A DNA stretch of 64,000 nucleotides from positions 28,272,001-28,336,000 of the forward strand of contig NC_043005.1 of the NCBI RefSeq assembly GCF_006345805.1, given 5' to 3'. The translations under genes were made by a program, and so were the position numbers. The notes beneath the pieces are model-generated. The model was given only the letters and a program-made list of their open reading frames with translations. It was not told where the DNA came from and did not search any database. Each line of letters opens with the position of its first letter. Position 1 is the stretch's first letter. This DNA is from Octopus sinensis. Its lineage: Eukaryota. Below, one piece after another: positions 25,352-38,507 of this stretch.

Positions 25352-25967
25352 GTGAGTAAAACTTATAACAACATTGTTCCACCAACTTTCCTTGGGAGTT
25401 AGCTTTTATGTCATTTAACTTAATTCTATGTTATCTTCCTGTCAAAGTGATCTTTACTTCATTGAAACTAATTATATTTACCTGTAATCATAGCTTTGTC
25501 TCTCTTTCTCTTATGTACATACATACACACACACACACATGGTATATTCACTGTTGTGAAGCTAGGAAAACTATTATTTCTATACATAATTAAGCAGAAT
25601 TGAGGTATTTTATTCAGAGTGTATATTGGTGTGTATTTGTATATAGGGAAGTACATTTATTTATATGCATTTATTTTGTGTTAAATTCAATGTTGAAGAG
25701 TATTTCCAGCAATATTTTCCTGGTCTTGCTCAAAATAATTTGTGTTATATCTTCTTGAAGGTTATAACTCACAGGTCTGCCAAGAAAAGGATTGTGATAT
25801 CAATCTACTTGGACTTGATCCAGTTTCCCCACATTCATATCCACATGTGTTCTCTCAATAGAATAGAATAATCCTTCATTTGGTGATGTTTCACATGAAT
25901 ATGTCACATAATGTTACTGAACATTCTGTTAGCTCATATACGTTTTCTACTCCTTTCTCTCTATATA

Positions 25968-26844
25968 CGTGATCTGATCAATAAGTATCTGGACTGTTGC
26001 CATAGTAACGAAGCTAAAGCACGCAGAGCAAAGCTGCTTGGGAAAGATTGACCTTGAACTCTGCTGTGCATGCACACTAAGTTTTAACATTCTAGCTCAC
26101 TTCCACTGCTTACAGCAGTGCTTGGAAGGAAGGTGTGTAGCGTGTGATTGTCGCATTGACCATGACAGAGAAAGTTGTCATGGAGATACCTGCTGAGAGA
26201 CCTATGCAAAGTTACAGAAAGTGTATGGAGAGGAGCTAATGAGTGGTTCTGACTTTTCCAAGATGGCCAAAAATATGTTGATACTGACGAACATTCTGGG
26301 AAACTTGCAACCAGCAGAACTGAGAAAAACATTGCAGATGTGTGTGCAGCTGTGAAGGGAAATCGTCAAACCACCATCTGTGAGTTATCAGAGGATGTGT
26401 AGATTAGTTGCAGTTCAGTTCAGTCCATTATCACTGAAGATTTGGGTATGAGATGTGTGTCTGCCAAGTTTGTGCCAAAACTGCTTTCAGCTGACCAAAT
26501 AAACACTCGGGTTTCAGTTACACAAGATCTCCTTGATTGTGTTGAGAATGATGAAAACTTTTTGAAAACTTTGCATAAGTCTCTGAGCAGGTATTGCCAA
26601 GCTTTTGGCAAAATTTCATGCAGATTCTCTGTTCTGCTTTCTCTGTCAAAGGTCAATGCAATGATCACACACTACACACGTTTCTTACAAGCTCTTCTGT
26701 AAACAGTAGAAGTGAGTTAGAATGTTAAAACTTAGTGCACATGCACAGCAGAGTTCAAGGTTGATTTTTGCCAAGCAGCTTTACTCTGCATGCTTTAGCT
26801 TCATTCCTATGGCAATAGTCCGGATACTTATTGATCAGACCACG
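25968..26844 (+). mobile_element. Internally deleted mariner with about 148-bp TIRs and TA TSD
   Basis: TIRs at 25968-26115 and 26697-26844, with TA on both sides. 26162-26571 encodes a decayed transposase N-terminus ...LSEDV*IS...IITEDLGMRCVSAKFVPKLL...ENDENFLKT (WVP-like linker). The DDD domain is missing. Confidence 0.9.
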
Positions 26845-27205
26845 TATCTCCTAGTCCTGTTAGAAACTAGAGATTTTGATAAAAGTGCACTTTGTCTATT
26901 TTACGTCATAAAAATGTAACTATTAAATGAATTCAAATGAAATTTACTGATGCAATGTAATAATTGTTGGTGTACATTGTAAATGTGGTTTTTACCTGTT
27001 GTCATGTCACTTTCACTTGCCAATGTAGGTTGAATACAGTTAAATCAACTACAGGTGTCTTTATATAATATTGATTCCTTAATTAAATCATTAATAAATA
27101 TATAACAATAAATAAATCATTTATAAATGATATCACTTGATTTTAACACACCACTTAACATTTTAATTGCCATTAAGATAAATAAATTGAAGGAAGAAAA
27201 ACTTA

Positions 27206-27568
27206 GGCTGTGTGGTAAGTAGCTTGCTTACCAACCACATGGTTCCAGGTTCAATCCCACTGTATGGCCCCTTGGGCAAGTGTCTTCCACTATAGTCTCT
27301 GGCCAACTAAAGCCTTATGAGTGGATTTGGTAGACGGAAATTGAAAGAAGCCCGTCGTATATATGTGTGTGTGTGTGTGTCCAACATCACTTGACAGCTG
27401 ATGCTGGTGTGTTTACATCCCTGTAACTTAGCAGTTTGGCAAAAGAGACTGATGGAATAAGTACTAGGCTTACAAAGAATAAGTCCTGGGGTCGATTTGC
27501 TCAACTAAAAGTGGTGCTCCAGCATGGCCACAATCAAAATGACTGAAACAAGTAAAAGAATAAAAGAA
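27206..27568 (+). mobile_element. SINE S1
   Basis: Head slightly truncated; complete tail AAGTAAAAGAATAAAAGAA. Confidence 0.85.
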
Positions 27569-28186
27569 CATATTGTGCAAACAGGAAGTCTTTTGACAGG
27601 AACTTCTTTTTAGAATGTTTGCTAAACTTTGTTTCTTGCACAAAAAAAGTGCTTTGTTCCAGTTTTACCTCCTTAACAGCAGCACATAACTGCAATTTCA
27701 TCTACTTCAAGATTTGGTAATTGTTGCTGATGTCTGTGATATTGGAATTTAAGAATTAACTAGTTTGATATTAAGTTGCTTACATCTTATTATAGAATTT
27801 TAAAGTCTGCTAAAAAAAAAAAGTGGGGAGAGAGAGGTATCTATTGGTGTTGTTATGCTAATGGTGAGGGATAACGATTGACAGTGCTTTCAGCTTTTTT
27901 AGTAGCTACCATCAGAATGAAAATATTAATGTTATAGAAAATAAAAGGCTGTTACATGTTGTTATAAAACCATTTGTTTTCTCTGGTGTGGAAGTTACAT
28001 ATTAAGCATTTCCGTTGTATCAAAATTTTCATCATACTAACTGCAACCTGGTCATTGGCACAGTTCCATTGCCAGTTGCTGACTCTAACCTTTCCATACT
28101 GTAATTGCTTTATTTTCAACACATGATCCTTAGATCAAATCACTTCTAAAAACAAGGACATCTCTGAAACATCTGTCTTTTATTTA

Positions 28187-28378
28187 CTATATTTGATGGC
28201 AAATAAAACAAAATTTAAAAGAGAATAATGTCTCTAAATTATCACTCCTGGTCATATACGCAAAGTTGGGCTTCCCATGAGCTAATTTTGTCTCTGACAC
28301 TCTTTCTTCCCGAATATGCACTGCTGAAATTGGGACGCTTCTAATATATCCATGCATCTTTTATGCCATCAAATATGG
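28187..28378. mobile_element. pogo/Tc1-type MITE
   Basis: Terminal inverted repeats CTATATTTGATGGCAAATAAAA / TTTTATGCCATCAAATATGG. A similar TIR-like motif (CTGTATATACCGGCGTATAAGATGCAC) lies at about 62194. Confidence 0.5.
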
Positions 28379-28406
28379 TGCATCTTTGAGTGTGTGGTGT
28401 GTATGC

Positions 28407-28828
28407 ATTCTTTTATTCTTTTACTTGTTTCAGTCATTGGACTGCAAGGAGTTGCTGTGTGGTAAGTAGCTTGCTTACCAACCACATGGTTCCGGGTTCA
28501 GTCCCACTGCGTGGCACCTTGAGCAAGTGTCTTATACTACAGCCTTGGGCCGACCAAAGCCTTGTGAGTGGATTTGGTAGATGGAAACTGAAAGAAGCTC
28601 GTCATATATATATATGTATGTATATGTTTGTGTGTCTGCGTTTGCCCCCCCAAACATCACTTGACAACCGATGCTGGTGTGTTTACGTCCCCATAACTTA
28701 ATGGTTCAGCAAAAGAAACCCATAGAATAAGTACTAGGCTTACAAAGAATGTCCTGGGGTCGATTTGCTTGACTAAAGGCAGTGCTCTAGCATGGCCACA
28801 GTCAAATGACTAAAACAAATAAAAGAAT
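28407..28828 (+). mobile_element. SINE S1 preceded by an inverted copy of its own tail
   Basis: 28407-28445 ATTCTTTTATTCTTTTACTTGTTTCAGTCATTGGACTGC is the reverse complement of the S1 tail; the head starts at 28448. Confidence 0.85.
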
Positions 28829-30996
28829 ATATATATATATTTATATTTTTGTATCTTGCAGATATTTACGAAGAAATTCCTAAAGTGTGAAAAACATCTC
28901 ATTTATTTTTCGTTGTCAAGAAGGAAAAAAGCAACATTTCAGAGGAAACAAGAATGTTGAAAACAACAGGCAAACATTTTCAAAAAAAAAGAAAAGAAAA
29001 AAAACTAAGATGTTAAAAACAATACATTTTCCATCTGAGAAGGAGGAGAAGAACAAAAAGGAGAAAGAGAAGAAAAGAAAAACAAGAGGTGGGGGAGGAG
29101 AAAGATGAAGAAATGGGTTGGGAGGAGGAGAAAAACAAACAAAAAAAGATTAAAAACAATGGAAAAAAAACTATTGACTGTAACATTTAACAAGGTGAAG
29201 AATCTATCATTTGTTAAATGAGATTAAAATTCTACAAAAATGGATTACTGAACAAATTTGGATTATGTACACAGCAAATATTATTTCATCTTTTTCTTAT
29301 TGGTGCTTTCAATGTAAAAAAACAATCACTTCTTGCCCCCAGTTTTTTTAACATTTCATTTATATATGTATATGTTTATATATGTATATATGTGCATATA
29401 TATACTTCTACATCTTTGCAAAAAAAATGTATGTATGTATGTATCTATATATATATATACACACATAGACATGTTTACACACACATGCACACACACATAC
29501 ACACATATATATATATATATATGTCTGGCATTAGCTTTTATCATCTTTAAGTCATTCCTACTGAACTAAAAAATTACAATGACAGAATATAAAATATGAA
29601 ATATATTTGTCAAAATTGTCATTTTCATTTCATGTTGCTGCTATTTGTACTTGTTAGGTGAATACAGTTAAGGCTTTTAATGTTATTACTTGCTTGAAAG
29701 AGAAAAAGAGTGTGTCTGTGTGTGCATGTCTGTATAAAATATATACATATATAAGTCATGTATATATATAGTAATGCTTATAAACATATATGTATGTATG
29801 TAATATGTATATTCTATGCAAATAAGTATTGTCTATCTGCATATATATATTTGTGCATGTGTGTATATACATATAATTTATATACAACATGTCATTTGGG
29901 ACAAACTATCTAAGTTTCTTGTCGAGAGAAAGGTACCTAGTTTGGCTTAGATTAAGTTGTCACTCTCTTATTGTAGCAAACACCAGGTTTTATCATCAAA
30001 ACAGCTACTGGTAGGCTTTGGGGACTAACTCAAAGATTGCCAGAAAATGATGGTTTCAGATTGATCTAAGCTATGCCAGATATCATTCTCTTGACATGGA
30101 ACTTACATTGTTTGTTGTAAATAATATGATGTATATAGACTATTAATTGCTAAATGTATAAATGTATTGAGTGCTTTGTTTTTTTTAGTCTGTGAACAGA
30201 TGAATAGTACGCTGTGTGTGTGTGTGTGTGTAAAGCACAACACAAGGAAATAATCTAAACAAAGTAATATTAGCTTTATGCTGAAATGAAGGAAAGCTCT
30301 TACACATTCATTTGTTTTTTCTTTCATTAACAAAGGATAAAGGAACGAATTTAGAGGGAAGAAAAAGAAAAAAGTTCCTTGGAACAAGATTTGTGTGTTG
30401 TTCATCTGTTGACTAAATGCAGTGCAGCATGTCACATCGTTTTTTTTTTTTTTGCGTTCTTTCTTTTTCCTTTGTTTTTCTTTCACGAAGAACAGACAGT
30501 CAAAAGGAGCATTCTTCTTTTTATTCATTCCAACATTAAACAAATATAATAACTTTGTATTTCCATTGTTTGTTTGCTTGCATTATTCCCAAGATAATTC
30601 CTTGGATTTTGGGCTATGTTCACACAAAAATTAAACCCTGTTCTTCTCAAATGACTCTGTTCACATTGCATTGAATCTATGATTGCACACACACACACAC
30701 AAATATTATATATATATAATGTACCTTTTGTATAAAAGCATAAAGGAGTGTTAATACATGCTTCTGGTAGGTATGTAACCACTCTATCATAGTATGAGGA
30801 GTTTTATGAAATCGCTGCATCTGCATACATCAACATACACATACACACTTATGTATGTCCAATAAGTCCAGTCTTTTAATTCAAATAAATCCAGGTATTC
30901 ATCTTAGAAGAAAATAAAAAAGCCCACCCATTTTTCTTTTGACTTTCATGTTTTTTTTATTAAATATTTAAATCTATACAGTTTCTTATTTGTATA

Positions 30997-31032
<36 letters not shown>

Positions 31033-31571
31033 GCGAATTGTGACCAGTGGCATGTATTTGGACAACAAAATCAAATAAGGGTTTATTAAATAAGACAAGA
31101 TAAATTCTTGATGTATTGAAATTATCTCTGAAGGTAGAAGAATCATTTGGTGGCAACCAACCTCAAATGAGAAGTGGGAGATAACCTTAAGAATCAAGAA
31201 TTTTCCAAAGTTGATTGTCTGGAGACAAAAAGACTGTTGTGAAGGTGTGTTTCTGCCTTAATAGCTGTTGTCCTACCTTATCTTTAGCAGACCAAGCACA
31301 CACATGCATACTCATGTATATGTATATATTAGAATGTGTTGGTGCAGGAACAAATTAGGCCACTATTAAAAGTGTTTAGTGTTGAGAAATTTATTAAAAG
31401 TAATCTGTGACACATTGCAATAATGTTTCCATCAAAGTTAGATCTTATCAAGTGGATGAAAATAGAAGATGGGCTACATTTCAAGTATAGTTAGGAGCTA
31501 GTGGAGGGTAGTATATGTAAAATTAGATCTTCATAAGTGAAATGGAACATGACTTGCAGATAAGTTTACAA

Positions 31572-31845
31572 ATATGTGATTTAACCAGCCCCTGCAACAA
31601 CAGACCAGTCTATCTATGATATGTAATTTAGCCAGCCCCTGCAACAACAGACCAGTCTATCTATGATATGTAATTTAGCCAGCCCCTGCAACAACAGACC
31701 AGTCTATCTATGATATGTAATTTAGCTAGCCCCTGCAACAACAGACCAGTCTACCTATGATATGTAATTTAGTCAGCCCTTGCAACTACATACCAGTTTT
31801 TCTATATCATGCAAACTCCCCTACAACTGCAGGCCAGTCTACTCC
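31572..31845. repeat. 47-bp minisatellite, about 5.5 copies
   Basis: CC(T)TGCAAC anchor at 31591, 31638, 31685, 31732 and 31779 (period 47). Unit GATATGTAATTTAGCCAGCCCCTGCAACAACAGACCAGTCTATCTAT. Confidence 0.95.
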
Positions 31846-33436
31846 AGTGAAAGTTCATATTGAATTGGACCAAATACTACTGCTGGGATTAAAATCTCTT
31901 AAGTTCAGTAGTAATATAAAATTCATCCAATGAACTTTCACTGCAATTTATCTTAGACTCGGATTGCAATGTTTTGATTGATTTCATACTAATTATAAAA
32001 ATATTTAAGCCCATTTTGAAATATTGAGTCTTTCTTCTATTGTTTTATGCCAAACATATGCACACACATAATTATTTGAATACTTATTCATGATACTTTC
32101 CAGTAGATTCGAGCATGAATGTGCTCAATGCTGTTGTGTTTCATCACAGGAGAACAACTCCTTTTTTATTGAACGTGTAAAGTTATGATACACTTGAGTC
32201 ATTAGATTAAGTGTGTTGTGAACAGATACTTGCTCTAAAGGGGAAGTTCTTCACCTGTGATGAAACCCAACATTAATTAGGTTATTCATGTTCAAATCTG
32301 CCAGAACATATTAAGAACAAATATGCAGTCATCATTTTCATTCTCTGTTCATCGTACATATGACAATTTATCATATCTTCACACACATCTTGGGAAAATA
32401 TGGTAAAAGCATAGTTAGTAGTTTAATAGTCAATTGATTTTTGAATAAGCAAAAGAAAAAAATAGGAGGTGAAATATTACTGACTGAGCAAAGCGTTTGT
32501 GACTTGGCATTAATGAGAAAGATTCCAGTCATTCTTTGTAAAAAAAGACATATTTTTCTTAATAGAATGTAGGAGATATATAGAAGATTCAGAAGACTTG
32601 ATGTTTTTAACAAGGTAGATTATATAGCCTCTCTGTTAATAGACAAATCTGTACAGTGGTTACTTTTCATTATAACAAAGCTTTCCTAGAAGTGGTTTTA
32701 AAGCAAAAAATCTTGTCATCAGACATCTGCTGGCTTTACCCTAGAAACAGGAAACGAAAGGTAAATTGCTGTAAATTCCCACCCCATCCATTTAACTTAG
32801 CTATTGCCACTCTTTCAGTCAAGTCCTTAAAGTGATTCAAAAAGCACTTCCTTTCACAGTACGGGTATTATAAAATGTTTAGCATGTACACAATCAAAAT
32901 CTCATATTTATTCCTTTACTCCTACACTCAGCTATAATTTCAATAACCCAGATATGTGCCCTCTAGCATCTAATTATCTTGCCAGTGATATAGTTTACCA
33001 GTGCATCGTACAAACCAATAAATCTTTTCACACATATTAACCTTACAACTATTCCTTTTAAAGTATGTTTCAATCATGATATCCATAGTTTCAGGAACCA
33101 TAACAAAGAAATCTTGTTATCCAAACACATCAGGGAATTGAATAACAATAGTTTACCTTACAACTTAAAACAGAACATTGTGTCTTGAACTATATCAGAA
33201 ATAAAAGAATTTTATAATCTTTACTCTTTAGAGAGCTTGACAATCCACCTTGTCCAAAGGTCCTATCTTTAACAAGCATTGTTCTATAAGACTTACATAT
33301 ACCAGGAACATTGCTTACTTTCTAACTATTTTCAAAAACTAACCCATTTTTAAAAATTTTCATCCATTTGTGAAGGTCAAGCTTTGGTGGAAACACTGTT
33401 GCAATGTACTGCAACTTATTTTGCTCTCTCTCTCTT

Positions 33437-33498
<62 letters not shown>

Positions 33499-33510
<12 letters not shown>

Positions 33511-34077
33511 GACATGCAGGAAGTAAATAGACAGACACCTTTAATTTTCAAAATCTTTTATTTGATATTAATTGGTTGAAAGAGAGGCTTTCTTCTAGCT
33601 GCTCGTCCATAATAAACAATCTTATGCAGATATGTAACACAAGTTCTTGGACTAACTTTTAGCTGTTTTGCAATGTCAGAAGCCTTCAAACAGGGTTTGT
33701 TTTCCACAATTCTCTTCAAACAGTGAAGCTTCCTTTCCAAGGGCCCATGTTGGCCGGGACAAGAATCTGTTGATTCTTTTCTTTGGCTTTTGAATTGCAC
33801 TATAATTCTATTAACAGTAGCAAGAGGAATTTGAAGATTTCTGGCAATTTTTTGTTGGCTAAGACTGCCCAACAATATGACCTCTTTGAAAATCTGACAG
33901 TTCTGCTGAATTTTTTGTGCGTGACATGGTTACTCTTTGCAAATGTTTAATATAATGGCACCTGGAATGAAAAAGAATAATTACATTGTAAATTCTACAC
34001 TGCTGAAAACATATTAAGACGCTTAGATCAGAAGTTTTGAAAATTAAAGGTGTCTATTTACTTCCTGCATGTCTGTG
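33499..34077 (-). mobile_element. Internally deleted Tc1 element
   Basis: TIR CACAGACATGCAGGAAGTAAATAGACA(GACA)CCTTTAATTTTCAAAA at both ends, flanked by TA. Minus-strand ATG at 33927 gives MSRTKNSAELSDFQRGHIVG / LSQQKIARNLQIPLATVNRII...RAARRKPL (paired-like HTH); catalytic domain absent. Confidence 0.9.
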
Positions 34078-34479
34078 TATATATACACACACACACATAT
34101 ATATTTATAAAAATACACGGTGTCTTGCATATTTTTGGTGTATTCAAGCCATTACCATCTTATCTTATATTCAATCAGTTTATCTCAATCTACAATTTCA
34201 AATATGCCCTTCCCTTTCATTAGAACCCATCTTTTTTATGTTTAAGATTATATTATGCTGTGTGCTATTTCCAGATGGTAGGATGTAATTTGAGGGAAAT
34301 TTTTGCTCTATTTCTAGCAGATTGAATGACCACAGAGAAGTTCTTGTGTTGGCTTGTGTAAGAGAAATTCAATCTGGCCTGGTTTAGTTTTGTGGTCAAG
34401 CAATAGGGATATTTAGTTTTAGTCAGCAAGTTTGTGAGTTCAAATAATGTCACCCTCCATACTTAGATTACTTAGATAG

Positions 34480-35160
34480 GTTTCGGCCACATTGGCCCAG
34501 GCCATAGCTAACTTAATAGCACCACCTGGAAACGACATTTAGTAATGTATTTTTGTATAGTTATTTTTAGGCACCATTGCCCATTCGATTAAAGAGTTGT
34601 TTGCAGCAGTATATCCGAGTGTAGGTGGTTTAGCTGGAATTTGTTGGAGATATTCATCCAGGAACTTTTTGAAGGTTATGAAATCTTTTTCTTCCTTTAT
34701 ATGTTTTAGAATGATGTTAAAAAGAGCTGGTCCAGTTGAAAAGTAGTTCTGTCTTAGTGTTGTGATGTGCTGAGAGCACAATTTCTGTAGAGGACGCATG
34801 GCATGGGGACCAAGCCTTGGGTGGATTTTAAAAGTGGTACCAATATCATTTGGGCAATACTGTCGGAACAATTTCCACATCATACAAATAATATAGCACT
34901 CTCAGTAGTGCTGGAGAGAATATAGTCTGAGATTTGCAAGTCGATCAGGCATGCCATAAATTTTTTGTGTAATTGATCTCTGGGGTGCTTCAAACTTTTT
35001 AATATTCTGGCTCGTGTAGGGAGACCATAGGAGACAACAGTATTCAAAGTGAGGGCGGGCAAAGGTAGAAAAAAGAAGGATAATGGTTGGAGCATCTCTA
35101 GACTGGAAAGTCCTGAGAATCCAGGAGCACACCCTGTACTAGTTGACACCACACTAAAGT
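34480..35160 (-). mobile_element. CR1-type LINE ORF2 3' remnant
   Basis: WILRTFQSRD...LFSTFARPHFEYCCLLWSPY...IKKFEAPQR...RLANLRLYSLQ, then MWK...FS.GPALFN...FKKFLDEYLQQIP.KP. Confidence 0.85.
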
Positions 35161-36019
35161 GAGACAATGAGTGTCTCATGTTTGAGTTGTGTGTGTATAT
35201 CTGCATGCATATGTTTGTGTAAAATGTATTATCTTCATTAAGATTGGTTCATTTCAAATGAACTACTACCATATGTAGTACTCAATACAGGATGCAATTC
35301 TAATGTTTCATATTGCTTTTATTACAAAATATCACACCTGAGGTCAATACAATCAGCATACAACATTTAAATAAATAAAATGCACACATATATATGTGCA
35401 TCTGTGTGTGTGTGTGTGTAAGTATACTCACACACGTATACAGGGAAGAACTTGACAGCTGTTTTTTGTTAGAAATATACGGAGAAGTATTTTGAACAAT
35501 CAGTGGGAGAACACGTAATAAAGAAGATGTTGATTAGCTGCCCTTCTACTTCCTGCTCAAACCTAATCAAACAAACCATAACCAAAAGCAGTCTATCCAT
35601 GACGATGACCCCATTATCTAACATGTCATCCCTTATTCAAAAGGGTTGGGTGTGGTTTCAGGTAGGTTTGACCACTATTCCTAGTAGGATGGATGACTCT
35701 CTTCCCCTAAAGATTAGAGCTACAGATGCTGGACCTTACAAAGGGTCAAGTCATTGGTAGTAATTTGTATAAGCTGACCTGTACATCTCACAGTTAGGGC
35801 TAAGTCAAACGAGAAAGGACAGACCTATAGCTTCTTCCATTATCTCCACAACTGGTGACATGAAATAAGGAAGAAACCCCCACACTGTAGGCCTGGTCCA
35901 GATATTTACAGTAAAGTGAATTCCACTGAAGGGATCCAAACACAGGTGGGGTAATGCTGAACTAATGATAAGAGTTGGTCCATCTTCCATAACATGGGGA
36001 TGAATGGCAGATTAAAGGA

Positions 36020-36328
36020 CTTGTGTTGTTAAGTTCAAATCCTACCAAGGTCAGTTTTGCTTTTTATTCTTCTGAGTCTATAAAATATTGAACTAGTCAA
36101 GGACTGGGATCAGTTTAATCAACTAATCCTTCCTCACTAATCTAGGGTCTTGAGCTAGAATTAAATTGACTGAATTGTTAGATTGCTGGAAGTTTTTATT
36201 CAGGCTTTTCACATTCTGGAGTCAATAAAATAAAGTCCCAGTACTTGGGTCAATGGTATCTTTCCCTCAAAATTGCTGGCCTTGTACTAGAATTAGAACT
36301 ATTATCATCATCATCATCATCATCATCA

Positions 36329-36366
<38 letters not shown>

Positions 36367-36588
36367 AGGCAGCAAGTTGGCAGAACTAAATGTTTGCAAG
36401 CCAGACAAAATGTTGCAAAACATTTCATCTGTCTTTACGTTTTGCATTCAAATTCCACTGAGGTCACACTTTTGCTTTTCATCCTCTTGTGAGTTGATAG
36501 AATATATACCATTTGTGCACTGGCAATGATGTAATCAATTATCCCTTGCCCCACAAAAATTTCAAACCTTGTGCCCATAGTAGAAAGA

Positions 36589-36623
<35 letters not shown>

Positions 36624-36845
36624 GGTGGCAATCTGGCAGAATTGTTAGCATGCCAAGCAAAATGCTTAGCGATATTTCATCCGTTTTTATGGTCTGAGTT
36701 CAAATTCCGCCAGGGTTGACTTTGCCTTTCTTTTCAGGGTCAATAAATTAAGTACCAGTTGAACACTGGAGTCAATGTAATCAACTTAACCCCTCCCTCG
36801 AAATTGCTGGCCTTGTGCCAAAATATGAAGCCATTATTATTATTA
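36020..36845 (+). mobile_element. Tandem cluster of 3-4 SINE S2 copies
   Basis: Copies separated by (CAT)n/(ATT)n tracts, all in the same orientation. Confidence 0.8.
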
Positions 36846-38299
36846 TTATATACATACATACATGCATACTTACAAATAGAAGTAAATAACATCACAGCTG
36901 GAAATACAGTAAGAAAACAGAAAATATAGTGAAGAAACACATTCTATATATGGATGTAGATGGTATTATTTAATGAAAATGTTCCTGAGTAATTAGTGGG
37001 TTGTTGATTGGTGGCGGGTTGTGTAGTTAATAGAAAACCCTGTGTTCCAATAGCTATATGATGGTACCATGGGAATGTCTTTCATTAAAGTCTGCTAGAT
37101 CAGGACTGACAATTATGTGTCCCATACATTTTCAGGTTTTCTAATGCATGAAATGTTTAAATGCTGTTTTACTCAAGAGACACATTATACTTTGTTAAAT
37201 GTCCGAAACAGGTAGCAAAATATGGTCTGCTGTAACAGCAGATAATGTTGCTTCTGAAGCTTATAATGTATTAGGAAGATGTGGCGTGGTTGTGATGTGA
37301 ATGCCTTTCCTTTAAGTGTTAAGAACACCTGAAGTGGTGTGAGCTATTAAGAAAAAATCAGGATTTTTTTTTATTTGGTTAACCTGGGTATTTCTATCAC
37401 CTTACTCCACATACCACTACCATTATTACAGACTGTAATGTTGGTCTATTTTTTAGCTACATACACAGACTCAATTCTTAATTCAGGAAGAAGAGACGGT
37501 ATAATATGGTAATAATTATGCCTTTCTCATGCACATTATCTGTATAAATGAAGAGAAATTGCATCATAATAGAACTGAAATCACACCTCTTCTTCTTCTT
37601 ATCACTGTCTTTATGTTTATTGATTGAGAACAACCAGTAACGCAACACTGCATGCATATCATATGTTGAAATTCTGGTTGTTAGTTTGACTATGATCTCA
37701 GTCAATGTCTTCCACACTTCTGCATAGCTTTTTTTCTACAACTGATATTATGGAGAAGAAATATAATGCCATTATCTGAATGATGTCTTGTAGCATCTGA
37801 AAGGTTGTAGTGTGTGGGGAGTATCTTGGTTTGGTACCTTGGTATTCTGCAGTATCACAAAAGTATTCTGCGTATGAAGAATATTCCACAGTGTCTACAG
37901 TATCTGAATGTTGTACTGCAAGTGTTTGGGCAGTTGACCAATGTGTTACATCCCAAGACATAGTTAATGATTCTTTGTACCTACCTCCATCTTCCCTCTA
38001 ACCATTAATATAATTCTTTTGAATTTCAACACAAGGCCAGTCATTTTGATGGGAGTGGGAAATTGTTGACTGTGACCCTAGGGCTTGGCTGATGCTTTAT
38101 TTTATCAATCCTGAGAGGAAAGATTTGAACTCAGAACATAGAGCACCAGAAGAAAAGCTGCTAAACATTTTGTTCAACATGCTAATGATTCTGCCAGTTT
38201 GTCACCTGACTCATTAATACGATAAAACAAAGTGATAAGGAATTAACCATGAGTTCAAATCTCTCTGCAACTATTTTATATTTCTATAATAAAAATATT

Positions 38300-38507
38300 T
38301 AATTTTATTTTATACAAACCCACCTGAAATTGCCACTGGTCCGGCATTACAAATTCTGTTATAAAGTGATTTAAATTAAAAACTTTTAAAATTTCATTTT
38401 AATATTTTCAGCTTTATACTGATGAGAGTTATTTTACTGAATTCTTTATTTTCAAAATTTATTGAAATGAAAGCAGTGTATGTCAAGAGAAATCTGGTTA
38501 CAAAAGG
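38300..38507. mobile_element. piggyBac-type MITE, degraded
   Basis: Ends GGTTACAAAAGG|TTAA; body similar to the 45550, 48300 and 48579 copies. Confidence 0.55.

Noticed and set aside
30107-30189. Minus-strand exon-like segment (TTCACAG|...AAT|GTAAGT); micro-exon-like segments near 27784-27806 and 44177-44191
   Set aside because: Splice signals are plausible, but the sequence is very AT-rich, has no homology I recognise, and is expected by chance at this window size.
31572-31845. Regular repeats that might suggest a CRISPR array
   Set aside because: The units are contiguous tandem copies with no unique spacers, in eukaryotic context with no cas genes.
37478-38001. Cluster of short ORFs, one frame with CCVTGC (THAP-like start)
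   Set aside because: The remaining THAP residues (FP, W, C, H) are absent and the frames are interrupted.
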